Origin: an uncultured bacterium
Lineage (GTDB): Bacteria > Omnitrophota > Omnitrophia > Omnitrophales > Abzuiibacteriaceae
Direction of reading: 5' to 3'
Assembly (NCBI GenBank): GCA_964387845.1
Contig: CAYLXA010000013.1
Location: 1 to 64,000 of the forward strand
Length of the DNA: 64,000 nt
A program made the position numbers and the translations under genes. Of this stretch, positions 42,937-54,800 are shown one piece after another (the first letter of the stretch is position 1; every line of letters starts with the position of its first letter). The notes below the pieces were generated by a model. That model was not told where the DNA came from and searched no databases. It saw nothing but the letters and a program-made list of their open reading frames with translations.

Positions 42937-43016
42937 TAGTTGTAAGTTGTAAGTGGTAAGAGATAAGTAAAAAGCTTTTAACTTAACACTTATCACTTAC
43001 CACTTATGCCTTATCT
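42937..43016. repeat. GTAAGT-heptad hairpin R3 at the nuoD/nuoI junction
   Basis: Left arm tagttgtaagttgtaagtggtaagagataagta, right arm aacttaacacttatcacttaccacttatgccttatct. Confidence 0.7.
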
Positions 43017-44174
43017 ATCAACTTCCCCTAAAACGATATCAACACTTCCAAGAATAATGACAGCATCCGCCACTTTGTGGCCGAGGCACATATCTTCTAA
43101 AATCGTCAAATTAACAAAGCTGGGCGCACGGACGTGATAACGATATGGTTTGTTCGTGCCGTCGGAAACCAGATAAAATCCAAGCTCGCCCTTAGGCGCT
43201 TCGATGCGGCTGTAAACATCGCCTTTCGGCGGCTTGAAGTTACGCGGCGTTTTTCCGATTGTGGCACCTTGCTTTGAAATATGCTCACCGGCCGGAATTT
43301 CTTTTACGGCCTGCTCCAGAATCTTGATACTTTCACGCATTTCCAAAATACGGACATAATAACGGTCATACACATCGCCATGGTCGCCTAGCGGCACGCG
43401 GAACTTGAAACGATTATAAATTCCGTAACCATCAACTTTGCGAATGTCGTAATCAACACCGGCCGCGCGAAGCATGGGGCCTGTGACACCTGCATTAATT
43501 GCCAAATCTTTGGGTAAAACACCGACGCCTTGCGTGCGGGACATTAAAATTTCGTTTTCGGAAAGCAATTTTTCGAATTCATCGAGAAACTTCGGATATT
43601 TTTGGATAACTTCTTTCACGCGAGGCAAAAAATCCTCCGTCACATCCAGTTTTTGTCCGCCGAAGCGGAAATAATTACACATCATGCGTGAGCCGGCAAC
43701 GCTTTCGAATAAATCGAGAATTTTTTCGCGCTCGCGGAATGCATAAAGCACGGGCGTAAAGAATGCGCCCAAGTCATTCAGCAAAAATCCGACGAGGAGC
43801 GTGTGATTCACAAGCCGCGTGAGTTCCGCCATGATGATTCGAATATACTGTGCGCGCTCTGAAACCTCGATTTTGGCGAGTTTTTCAACCGCCATTGCGT
43901 AAGAAAAATTGTTGGTCATCGAGCAGAGATAATCCAAGCGGTCCGTAAAGGGCATCGAGGCCAAGTAAGTCATATTTTCGGCGAGTTTTTCGTGATTGCG
44001 GTGCAGATAGCCCATGAAAGGCTTCAGCTGAACAATGTTTTCGCCGTCGAGTTTAATATCCATCCGGAACACGCCGTGCGTGGAAGGGTGCTGCGGCCCG
44101 AGGCTGACTTCGAGCGTTTGCGTGTCGAGCGTTTTATCGAGTAAATTATGTTCCATATTTATTTTCGTCGTCAT
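43011..44174 (-). CDS. nuoD: NADH-quinone oxidoreductase subunit D (49 kDa)
   Basis: 387 aa with the NiFe-hydrogenase-large-subunit-like fold signature and the conserved C-terminus [12 protein letters not shown]. Confidence 0.93.
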   Translation of the reverse strand: MTTKINMEHNLLDKTLDTQTLEVSLGPQHPSTHGVFRMDIKLDGENIVQLKPFMGYLHRNHEKLAENMTYLASMPFTDRLDYLCSMTNNFSYAMAVEKLAKIEVSERAQYIRIIMAELTRLVNHTLLVGFLLNDLGAFFTPVLYAFREREKILDLFESVAGSRMMCNYFRFGGQKLDVTEDFLPRVKEVIQKYPKFLDEFEKLLSENEILMSRTQGVGVLPKDLAINAGVTGPMLRAAGVDYDIRKVDGYGIYNRFKFRVPLGDHGDVYDRYYVRILEMRESIKILEQAVKEIPAGEHISKQGATIGKTPRNFKPPKGDVYSRIEAPKGELGFYLVSDGTNKPYRYHVRAPSFVNLTILEDMCLGHKVADAVIILGSVDIVLGEVDR

Positions 44175-44232
44175 TCTGAGGCGCAGCCGAAGAATCTAGA
44201 TCCTTCGCTTCGCTCAGGATGACGATTAATTC

Positions 44233-44700
44233 TTATCCTGTCGCCTTCTGGATGACTTCGCTTTGATCATCCGACACATAGTCTTTGCGCATCGGATAAA
44301 ACTGAAAACCTTCCCACATCAAAATTCTGCGTAAGTCCGGATGTCCTTCGAATTGAATCCCGAACAAATCGTACGCTTCGCGCTCTTGAAACTCGGCACT
44401 CCGCCAAACAGGTGTCACGGACGGAATTTTCCCCGTTTCGCGGTCGGTACGGACTTTGATGGCGAGCGGGCCATGTTTTTTTGTCATGGAATACAAATGA
44501 TAAACCGCTTCAAGATGCGTGGTGTAGTCAACGCCCGAAACGCTTGAAAGGAAATTAAGCTCATAATCGGGATTTCCCTTAAGAAACATGGCCACTTCAA
44601 GCCATTTTTCTTTGGGAACTATCAAACTATCCGCTTCAATCGTAATTTGCGAAGACGTACGTGATTCGATGTCTTTTTTAATTTCTTCTAGGGATTTCAC
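44233..44700 (-). CDS. nuoC: NADH-quinone oxidoreductase subunit C (30 kDa)
   Basis: NuoC conserved core (LKVRTD...[11 protein letters not shown]). The start is placed at the GTG overlapping the nuoB TGA stop (GTGA). Confidence 0.85.
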   Translation of the reverse strand: MKSLEEIKKDIESRTSSQITIEADSLIVPKEKWLEVAMFLKGNPDYELNFLSSVSGVDYTTHLEAVYHLYSMTKKHGPLAIKVRTDRETGKIPSVTPVWRSAEFQEREAYDLFGIQFEGHPDLRRILMWEGFQFYPMRKDYVSDDQSEVIQKATG

Positions 44701-45344
44701 GAATACACCGTAATGTCTTTGCGGGAATTGGCCTGCGGATTCCAAATTTCAGGATTGTACTTCGGGATTAAACCGTTCGGCCCGTATTCCGGAACCGGAA
44801 ATTCACGTTTCAGGCCTTTTTGATACCACTCGGTTTTTTCAATTTCTTGCGAATCGATTTTCTCTTGAAGCTTCATTAAACCATGCAAGAGCGCTTCCGG
44901 GCGCGGCGGGCAACCGGGCAGGTGAACATCGACCGGAATGTAACGATCAATTCCTTTTAACACATTGTATCCGTCGATAAACGGGCCGCCCGAAATGGAA
45001 CAAGCGCCCATCGTGATGCAATATTTCGGCTCCGGCATTTGATTGTAGAGACGAACCACATTCGGCGCCATTTTTTTGGTGACTGTGCCGGCGATGATGA
45101 TGAGGTCAGCTTGACGCGGCGAAGCGCGGAAAAGTCCCGCGCCGAATCGATCGATGTCGTAGCGTGCGCAGGCCGTGGCGATCATTTCAATCGCGCAGCA
45201 AGCAAGTCCGAACTGGAGCGGCCAAATAGAAGAGCGGCGGCCCCAATTGTAAAGCGCTTCAAGGGGCGTAATGTAAACGCCCTTTTTTGATAGTTCGTTT
45301 TTTAAACCGTCTTCAACTTGATTAACATTCGGTGTGAAAGCCAT
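44697..45344 (-). CDS. nuoB: NADH-quinone oxidoreductase subunit B (20 kDa) with a ~55-aa C-terminal extension
   Basis: GLACCAIEM and the cysteines ligating cluster N2. The start is taken at the ATG overlapping the nuoA TAA stop. Confidence 0.88.
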   Translation of the reverse strand: MAFTPNVNQVEDGLKNELSKKGVYITPLEALYNWGRRSSIWPLQFGLACCAIEMIATACARYDIDRFGAGLFRASPRQADLIIIAGTVTKKMAPNVVRLYNQMPEPKYCITMGACSISGGPFIDGYNVLKGIDRYIPVDVHLPGCPPRPEALLHGLMKLQEKIDSQEIEKTEWYQKGLKREFPVPEYGPNGLIPKYNPEIWNPQANSRKDITVYS

Positions 45345-45718
45345 TATTTCCATTCCAGCGCGTGTTTGCGCCATGCGTAGGCAAGCCCGAGAGCAAGAAT
45401 TGCGATGAAAATTAACATTTCAATAAAAGCAAAAAGCCCGAGCTGGTTGTAAGCAACCGCCCAAGGGTAGATAAAGACGGTTTCGACATCGAAAATCACG
45501 AAAATCAGCGCGAAGATGTAATACTGGACCTTAAATTGAATCCATGCGTCACCCTTGGCTTCAAGGCCGCATTCGTAAGAGGCATTTTTTATCTGATTGG
45601 GTTTCTTGGGTGCGACGATTTTGGCTAGTATTATAGGAAGCGCTGGGAAAACAATGGCGACCAGAAGAAACACACCCAGAAACCAATAATTGTATAAATA
45701 CGAATCGATATTGTTCAT
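45344..45718 (-). CDS. nuoA: NADH-quinone oxidoreductase subunit A
   Basis: 3-TM protein with a conserved ECG motif (YECGLEA). The ATG at 45718 is preferred over the TTG at 45739 because a promoter -10 lies at 45752-45757. Confidence 0.8.
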   Translation of the reverse strand: MNNIDSYLYNYWFLGVFLLVAIVFPALPIILAKIVAPKKPNQIKNASYECGLEAKGDAWIQFKVQYYIFALIFVIFDVETVFIYPWAVAYNQLGLFAFIEMLIFIAILALGLAYAWRKHALEWK

Positions 45719-45751
45719 CTGAAATAGGGAATTGGACAACGATATCCGTTG

Positions 45752-45779
45752 ATTATAGTTAATCTGTAAGAAGTGTCAA
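45752..45779 (-). promoter_or_regulatory. consensus sigma70 promoter TTGACA-16-TATAAT (minus strand) for the nuoA-N operon
   Basis: On the minus strand: TTGACA (plus 45774-45779) and TATAAT (plus 45752-45757) with a 16-bp spacer, immediately upstream of nuoA. Confidence 0.6.
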
Positions 45780-45890
45780 CACTGTGCTACTTATATAACG
45801 TTGGGAACATTTTCAAAGAAAGCGCAGGGTAGTCATGACTTCAACTAATTTAACGATTGAAAAATAAAAGGGAAGTCATGGCAACAACAC

Positions 45891-48800
45891 TTAAACCGAG
45901 AGAGAAATTGTGGTTGGTGCTTTCTCGACTAAAATTTCAAAAAGGATTTCGAAAAATGTTTTCACCGGATTTCCGGAAGGTTTTGGGCCGCCGCGCAAAC
46001 GGATCATTTCGCCGTTGAATTTGTCCAATTGCTGTAATGACGCAACGCCGATTTGCAGAGGGGCGACACGGGTTGAGCTTTGGATTAAAGACTTGGCAGT
46101 TGAAATCGGTTCATTCTGAACTACCGCAGATTCATCAAGCGTTTCCAAACCTCCGGTTATTGTAGCAATTGCACCGGAAACATTTGCTTTTGTATTGGAG
46201 GCAGCCTGTCGCGGAACATTGCCGCTGCCGGATGCTGCCGCAGGCTGTGTTCCAGGGCTTGGGTTATTATAGGGCACAATCACGCCGACAATTCCCGGCG
46301 TATAATATCCGCCTGTGTTTTGAGGATTTGCCGTCTCTTGCGGTGAACCGTTTTCCGGCCCGCCTTCGTCCGGATTGGAATCCGGAGGATTCTGGGTTTC
46401 ACCGTTGGTAGCGGGGCTTTCCGGGATAACTGCAAATGTTGCTTCTATCGTATGATCAGAAGTGACGTTATTAAATGTATAACTCGAAACCGCGCCGACG
46501 GAGGTTGAATTCACAAGTACATCTTGGATTTCGTAGCGCGAATCGGGCGTAATTGTAAAAGTCGCATTGTCACCTTCGTTGACCACAACATCTCCAACCG
46601 GTGAAATTTGGCCGCCTTCCGAAGCGCTTGCGGTAATTGTGAAGGCTAGTGGATTACATGGAGCGCCTTCCGGGCAAATACACATATCGTTTGCTTCATC
46701 GCATTCTTCACCGGTGTCACAGGCAGAAGTTCCGGATTGGCATCCTGCTGTTGCATTACAAGTCTCGCTTCCGTTGCAGAATAATCCATCCGAACAAATC
46801 GAATCATCCGGCGTATTGGCGCAGCCGTTTACGGAATCGCAGGAATCATTTGTGCAGGAGACGCCATCATCACACACAAGCGGTGCGCTCGCCTGACAAC
46901 CTAAGCCGGGGTCACAGGTCTCCGTACCGTTACACACATTGGCGTCATCGCACACAAGCGGTGTTCCGGCCTGACAGGTATTATTTACACAAGCTTCAGC
47001 GCCGTTACATAAATTTCCGTCGCCACACTCCGAATCACTGATACAAGCAAAACACTGATCATTCGGTTCATCACAATGGTCCGGATCCGAGCAAGGCTCG
47101 GTTCCGTTTTGGCAAATTCCGGCAATACAAATTTCGGCTCCTGTGCAGAATAACCCGTCAGAACAGCTCATACCATCCACAACCGGGGTTGATTCGCAGC
47201 CCGTTGCAGGATCACAAGCTTCCGCGGTGCATGGATTGCCGTCATCACAGACAAGCGGCGCGCCTGTTTGACAACCCAGCGTTGAGTCGCAACTTTCAGG
47301 GCCGTTACAGACATTTCCGTCATCACATGTTAGCGGTATCCCGGATTGGCAACCCAAGGCAGAATCGCAGGTTTCTGTTCCGTTGCAGATGTTGCCATCA
47401 TCGCAAACGAGAGAAGTTCCGGCTGTACAGATGCCTGCCTGGCAAGTTTCCGTTCCATTACAAGCGTTGCTGTCATCACAGTCGGAGTCATTAAGGCATC
47501 CTGTGCATTGATCGTTTGTTTCGTCGCAGATCAGGTTTGGTCCTGAGCAAGGTGCCGGATTTGATTGGCAACCCAGAGCGGCGTTGCAGATTTCAGCTCC
47601 CGTGCAAAATAATCCGTCCGAGCAAACCGAATTGTCTGTTGTATGCACACATCCGCTCAAAGAATCGCAGGAATCATTCGTACAAGCAATTCCATCATCA
47701 CAATTAAGAGGAACACCCGATAAACAACCCAAAGTTGGATCGCAAGATTCAATACCGTTACACGCATCGGCGTCTCCGCAGTTTAATGGCGCACCCAACT
47801 GACAGCCAAGGACAGAATCACAGGTTTCTGTTCCGTTGCAGAGGTTGCCGTCATCGCAAGCAAGCGGAGTTCCTGGCTGGCATGAACCCGAGACGCAGGT
47901 TTCTGTGCCATTACAGGTATTGTTGTCTGAGCAATTTGCATCGGTTAAACATGCTTGCACTACGATAGTGATTGCCGGTGAAAATCCGCTGCCGAAACCG
48001 CCATCCTGAGGCGGCTGGGACCAAGCCTGTACACGGGCGTAGTAAGTTCCGGTTTGTGAAATTACAAACGGTTCAAAAATTCCCGATGGCCAGCGTTCAT
48101 CGATATTCTGTACAAAATTTGGATCCGGCGACAATTGTACTTGATAGATCGCAGCGCCCGGAACCGCGTCCCATTCCAAATTGAATGCTCCTAAATTCGG
48201 CGAAGGCGGATTTGCGCTCACGCCGGGCGGCGCCGAGAAATTCACGGAAATCATAATATCGTCGGAACCTGTGAGCATCGAGTCATCTGCGGTCAACCGT
48301 AATTGATAAGAACCCGGATGCGAAAATGTAACGGACGTGCTGGTATTGTTCGGCGGATTGAATGTGGCGATACCGCCGGAGCTGGTTACTTGCGACCAGC
48401 TGACCGTCACCGCACCGGGCGGATTCGGCAGACCATCATCCGTCACGCCGCCGTTAATGATTGCCGAAGTGCCGAAAGCGACGGTTTGATCATTTCCAAG
48501 GTCAACGGTTGGATTTTCATTCTGTAAAGTCGATTGGTACTCATACGGACCGATGTCGGTTTGCGCATCGCGCGGGCGGTCTCTGACGTCGGTATGCAAA
48601 TTCGGCATCGGAAATCCCGCGTCAATGGCGGCTGATTCGCTGTGCAAATCGTAATCGTTGACCGAAGGAGCTTCTGAAAAATTAACCATCAACACATCCG
48701 TTGCGGTTTGCAGGCTCGAATATGTGTCGACGCCGTTGAGAAATGACCGCCAGTTGTTGAAATTGGTTATGGGATCTGGTGACGACCACTCGATCCCGCC

Positions 48801-51800
48801 GGCTGCGAAATACTGACAGTCGATATAGATATTGTTGTTGTGCTGAATCGCCGCAAAATCTGTGTAGTTGAAGTAAGCTGCGCAATAAGCCGGCGCCGCT
48901 TCTTTTTTGTAAACGATGTTGTTTAAGAACTGAATGTTGGGGGCGCTTGACGGACTTGCCTCTGCGCCGATGAGGACCACGTAACTATCGTATCCGTTGC
49001 CGATCAGTAAATTGTTATAGAATCGGCCGTTTTCTTGGACGTTGTCCAAAGACAAAGCTTTTCCGATCGATGCGTCTACCACGTTATTAAAGAATTCAAT
49101 GTTGGAACCTATGCCGCCGACCGTGCCGTTGATGTAATTGTTGTAATAGCGGCTGTTACGGTTGAGTTGAAGTGCGCCCGAAAGGCCGGCGTTGATCGTT
49201 ATGTTGTTCGAAAATAAATTGCCAGCAGCATGTCCATAAATCACATGGCCGTATCGGTCATAGGTGTATTGCCAAGGATCTGATATTTCTGAAAGGCATA
49301 TCTCAACAGGATAGCTGGAGTCGTCGGCAATGACGAGAGGCCCGATATTTTCAAATCGGTTGTTCTGATAAGTAAAATAGTTATCAATTGTCGGGTGGGG
49401 CGTTAGATCCGCGATACCCATGCTATTAAGGCTTCTGAGAGTACTGTCATAAACTTCGATATATTGACCGGGATTTCCGCCGGGCAGCGGGTTCATTTTA
49501 ATACCTTCCTCGCCATGCTGAATGGTTAAGCCGATGAAACGGATGTAGGATGCTGACGTGTAAAACCGGTTTTGTCCGGGAAAGTAAAACGAATGTTCTG
49601 ACGGGTTGGTCCCGGACGGGAGGCGAATGTATAAGCGCCCACTTGTGCAATCGATAAAATAAGCGTTGAATGAAGTATTGGAATTCGGGATTGTTAATAC
49701 ATCAAGCATATCTTGATGACGGAGCATGCGGCTGAAGGGCCGTTCAAGATCCATGATTATGCCTCTCGGATAATTTCCTTCACCGCCGTTTGCGTTAGGA
49801 TCGTATGTTCCAAGCGATGTATCAGTCCACCAGATTGAATAATTGCCCGCGTTTTCTGAAAATGTCCAGTTTGAAGGAATGCTTGCTCCCGAATCAATGA
49901 CCGGTGTTTCGCCGGGATAGTTTCGAATGGTTACCCACTGATTCGGCGCTCCGCCGCGATCCATAAGGTTGTAGGATCCAAACGGCTGTGTTCCACCGCG
50001 GATGTAAACCGTATCTCCAGGATTGAGCTGATCAAACGTTGCGCTTACATTGCAAATCGGCTGGGCAAGAGATCCGGGGCCGCTGTTGCTGCACGCCGGA
50101 TTATTTGCATCAACTACGTAGTAATTTCCCGCGCAATCGTTTGAACAATCAAAATGGCTTTCACGCCGGAGATCACAGTAACCGTCACCGCAAGTCCCGG
50201 CGCAATCCTGCGAGCAGGTTTGAACCGTCTCTGGCGCTTCACAAATACCGTCGCCGCAAAGTGCGGTAGTGGTAACCGAAAAAGACGCTTCAATGGTGTG
50301 GGTTGTTTGTACGTTGTTAAACGTATAACTGGAAATAGCGCCTTGCGAAACGCTGTCGACGAGCACATCCGTAATTTCGTAACCGATATTGGGCGTGATT
50401 GTAAATATTTGATCGCTGCCTTCGGCAACATTGACCGTGCCGTTCGGTACAATGTAGCCGCCGTTATTTGCTGTTGCATTAATTGAATGTGAAGGGCCTT
50501 CTACTTGGCAGATTGAGCTGCAGCCGTCGCCGCTTGCCGTATTGCCGTCGTCGCAAGTTTCATTGCCGACGACTAAACCGTCACCGCAAATTGGATTACA
50601 TTCTGGGTTGCTGCCGGGATTTACAGTGTCAACGGAACAGGTCCAACCGGCCTCGTAATAAATCGTGTCTTGCATAATGGCCGAAATGTTTCCAACACTA
50701 TCAATCAATCTGGCAAACACTGTCCGTTCACCGCTCGGCCCGCTGGCAAGTTTCCAGCGCATGACGTTTTCATACGGAGTCGGGTCACTCCAAATTGTTC
50801 CGTTATTAGAAAATATTACGGATGTGATCGAGGATCCGCCTGAGTCAGAAACCGTTAAGTAGATATGCGAGTCTAACGAATAAGTAACCGCCGCGTCATT
50901 CTCAATCAGTATTGTTCCGCTCGGCGGTTCAAGATCAACGACAAACTGAACCACATTGGAATATTCGGTTGGGTTCCGCCCAAGTTGAAACGGCGGCACG
51001 GGCGGTGATTCCCATCCGCGCACGCGGGCGTGATAAGTATTTGAGGTGCTCAACGAAACAGGAACAAACGTATCGTTTGACCAAAGAGTCGTAACATTGG
51101 AAGCAAAATTAGGGTCGGTTGAAATTTTGATTTCGTAAGCATTTGAGCCCAGCGACGGAGTCCAAGCGAGATTAAAATCGCCGTCATTGGGCGTTGCGGG
51201 TTGCGCCAGAACAGGCTGGACGGCGGCTTGTGACGCAAAAGCCCCAATGTGGCAGCCTGTGCTTCCGGTTGGCGTGACGGAAACATTAAAACCGTTTTCG
51301 ATGACATTAAGGCACATGCCCGAGTGGCTTGCAGGACTGCCCGGTTGAAGATTGAAATCAGCGTTTGCGAGATCCACAAATTGCGGATCTGCTTGAATAT
51401 TTGAATCTGCCAGATTGAAGTTATTAAAATCAGCTACTGAGTAAAGCCCGCTCACCACGATTTGCCCGTTTCCGCCGCCATCTTTTAAAGCTCTAATAAC
51501 CGAAGTTTCGTGGGCCGGATTAGACGAGTAAATCAAATTATTTCGAATGTCATCGCCGTATCCGCCAAAATTCGTATCAACATATTCCAGCGGATCGTAA
51601 TGAAGCATTAGTAGCTCAGCATTGAAAGTATTGCCGAAAGAGACTGGTGAAACATAATCATGGTTGGCATCCATCAAAATATTGTTCCAGATGCGGACAT
51701 TATATATAGCATTCAGGGCGTCCGGAGGATTCCAGTTGAAATTGGCAGTATAAATTCCACGCGGCCCCGGACTGTGAATGGTATTGTTAAAGATGTATAC

Positions 51801-54800
51801 GTCCTGAATTAAATTTTGGTCAGCAACATTTGCAACGAGCGTGATTCCGGTAGAATCGTTAAATCCGTCATAAATAACGTTATTGTAAATGTAAAGTCGT
51901 TCTGTTTTTCCGGGCCCGATTTGAATTGCGCCGCCGCGGTGATTTGATTCTGAAGGGAATTGGTTGGTTCCAAAAAACGTGTTATTTCGAATAATCGTAT
52001 TTTGTGAAATGCCGGGATTTCCGTCAATTGAACCGATGCCGAATGAAGTGTGAAACCGATTTCGGAATGTATTATTCTCTATTAAAACATTTTCAGAATT
52101 CCGGAAACCGACAGTTCCATGTCCGCAATCACCGAACCAGCTGTTTTTAATAGTCGTATTTCTTGCATCATCGCCAACAATTCCGTCAACGCCGCCGCCG
52201 TTCATCAGAAGCAAGCTCGGGCTTGCCGTGCAATTTAAATTTAAATTGTCAATCTCTACTCCATCGGTATCGAGAACTTTAATTCCGTTTGCCCAAGGTT
52301 CCGCGTAACTTTGCTCCGGCGGCCAGCGGTGGCCAATGCCGATATCATCATTTCCGGTGAATGAAGTGACTGATATATTTTTGAGCTTGACGCCATTTGA
52401 CCGTTGAATGCCAAGCACGTAGGGTGCATACAATCTTCCGCCTGCGGTATCGATATGCCCAATGAAATTTAATGAATCAAAAGTAATGTCGTTTGCCAAA
52501 TAAGTTGTCAGCATATATATGCCGATATTGCTGCCTTGAGCCGTCATACTGCTGCCGTGTAAATTCACGGTTTCATTCGGATAGCCGCGAATCGTAATCG
52601 GGTTTGCCTCAGTTCCCGAACTTCGGATGACAATAAAATTGTTTGCATCAATGTAGGGGAGGAAGTAATCGCCGCCCCGAATGTAAACCGTATCGCCGAT
52701 ATTTAATTTTTCATAAGGAGACGTTTCACGAAGCGCTCTCGGCGTGCACCACGGCGTATTGGGATCGAGTGCTTGAGTTCTTGAGTAACTGTCCGAACAG
52801 TCACAATTATTTTGATCAATGAAAAGCATATTAGTTCCGTTCGCAAGCTCTTGCGGGTCGGAACTGCCGACCGTGCATCCGCCTTCGGATTGGCTTGTAT
52901 ATTCAAATGCGCCGGGCGCGCAACTTCCGCTTTCAGGACGCGGATTTCCGTCAAAATCCACCGCAACTTCCGGAAGACAAGGGACCGAGCCGATCGCAGG
53001 GCTGTCCTGCTGTAAATGAAAATCGCCGATACCAGCGTTTACGAAAAGCGGGTTGCCGTCTACGTTGTCTTCGGCGAATGACAGTGCATTAAATTCGTCG
53101 ATGGTGTAGTGATAACGCTGCGTGTTCCGATTGTTGGTGCTTTGGACCGGGTCTTCGGCAGGATTGAGTTCTTTGACCCAGTTATTTTCAAACACATTTC
53201 CATAGCCATTTTGGCCTTCAAAATCCCAGCCGCCCAGCCGGATTTCGCCGTGAATTTGTTCTCCTTCGCCCGTATAAGTTTGAATTCCGTAGAAAATATT
53301 ATTTTTGATTTGATTATTATTGGCCCAATTATTTTGGCCGAAAACGCCGTTATTGCCGACGCTCATGTTGGCGTAGCCTGTGTTGTAAACCGTGTTGTGA
53401 AAGATTTTATTGTTGTTGGCTTCAAAGAATCCGGTGCCGGGCCCGTTTTGATCCTGAGAATTGGCAATCGAAATTCCGTTTCCATTTAATGCGCCGTTGT
53501 AAATCACATTGTTATAAATCAGGTTGTCACTGGCCCCCAAAATCTGAATGCTGTTTGCGCGAAGCGTGGTCTCCGAAGGAATTGAATTGTAAGTATGAAA
53601 CGTGTTATTCCGGATGATGTTATCGTGAGAACCGACACCAACGGCGATATTGGTATGGAGCGTATTTGAAAAATCATTATTTTGCACCAAAACGTCATGC
53701 GTATTAAAACGAAGCACAAGTAGAATGTGGCCGCAGTCACGGAATGTATTGTTTTCGATTAAGCCGCCCGAGACATAATCCATCATGATGCCATCGCCGG
53801 AATAGCGGTTGTCCGGGTTAATTTGATCGTTAACTTGCATGCATCGGAAAAAACTATTCTTCACTGTGATGTTGCTTGCATTATCAAATTCGATGCCGTT
53901 GCCATAAGGTGCATTAGGAGCGCGATCGTCGTAGCCGATGTCATCGGTGCCTTTGAAGTCAACAACCGAAATGCTGTCAAATACAATATCGCTGCTTCCG
54001 CTGACAACCTCAATGACTCGCGGGCCATACAATTTTCCGTTTGGGTTACCAACATCCACGTTGCCGACAAAATGAAGATTTTCAAATGTGATGAAATGAA
54101 CGTCATTCAGAACAAATGTGCGTTCGAACGCTGTGTGCGCACCGCGGATGACTGCCGTTTCGCCGGGATATGAAGTGAATGTAATTCGGTTGCTATCGCT
54201 TGTGCCCGATGAATTGATTCTGACTGTGGTATCGACGATCGGATATTCACCGCCGCGAATATAAACGGTGTCGCCTGCGTTTAATTTGTGATTGGGCCGG
54301 TTTTCATGAAAGCCAAGAGGCGAACACCAGGGTGTATAAGGATCGCGTGCCGCATACCGGTCTCCAGCGTCGCTGCAGTTGCAATTATTTTTATCCACAA
54401 AGAGAACATTGGCGCCGTTGGCAAGCCCTTGCGGGTCAGAGCTTCCGGCTATGCAGCCTCCGAGCTCTGATGGGTGATTGTTGGGATCGTTGGGATTAAA
54501 TCCGCCTGCAAATTCTTCACCGTCTGAGTAGCCGTCACCGTCTGTGTCCGGATTATTAGGATCCGTGCCGTTTTGAAATTCCTGCAGATTGATAAATTGA
54601 TCATTGTCCGGGTCATCCGTGCCGTTTTGATTGAGATTGCCGAAGTGCAGCATTTCCCAAACGTCCGGCAAACCGTCTTGATCTGTATCTGAAGTGTCGT
54701 TGTAAACATACTCGAATGGACCGATGTCGCAGGCAGCGCCTTGCGGCCGGATATGGTTGTCAAAATCAAAATCTACTTCAGGAACACAGATTCCGGCATC

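Noticed and set aside
45855-45890. Possible terminator hairpin (cgagagagaaa...tttctcg) after the giant gene
   Set aside because: The stem is short, interrupted and without a U-tract. It cannot be distinguished from chance, so read-through from the giant gene into the nuo promoter region is not excluded.
45891-46430. C-terminal 178 aa of the giant protein considered as a T9SS C-terminal sorting domain
   Set aside because: The tail is Pro/Gly/Ser-rich and ends ...FFEILFEILVEKAPTTISLSV. This does not resemble the ~80-aa beta-sandwich T9SS CTD consensus. The secretion route is left open.
46567-48184. Cluster of 60-130-aa plus-strand ORFs (H/R/C-rich) opposite the 3' third of the giant gene
   Set aside because: They are artefacts of the Cys-codon-rich tandem repeats read on the antisense strand (GCA/ACA become Cys on the sense strand). 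The sense-strand reading is one continuous 3628-aa frame.
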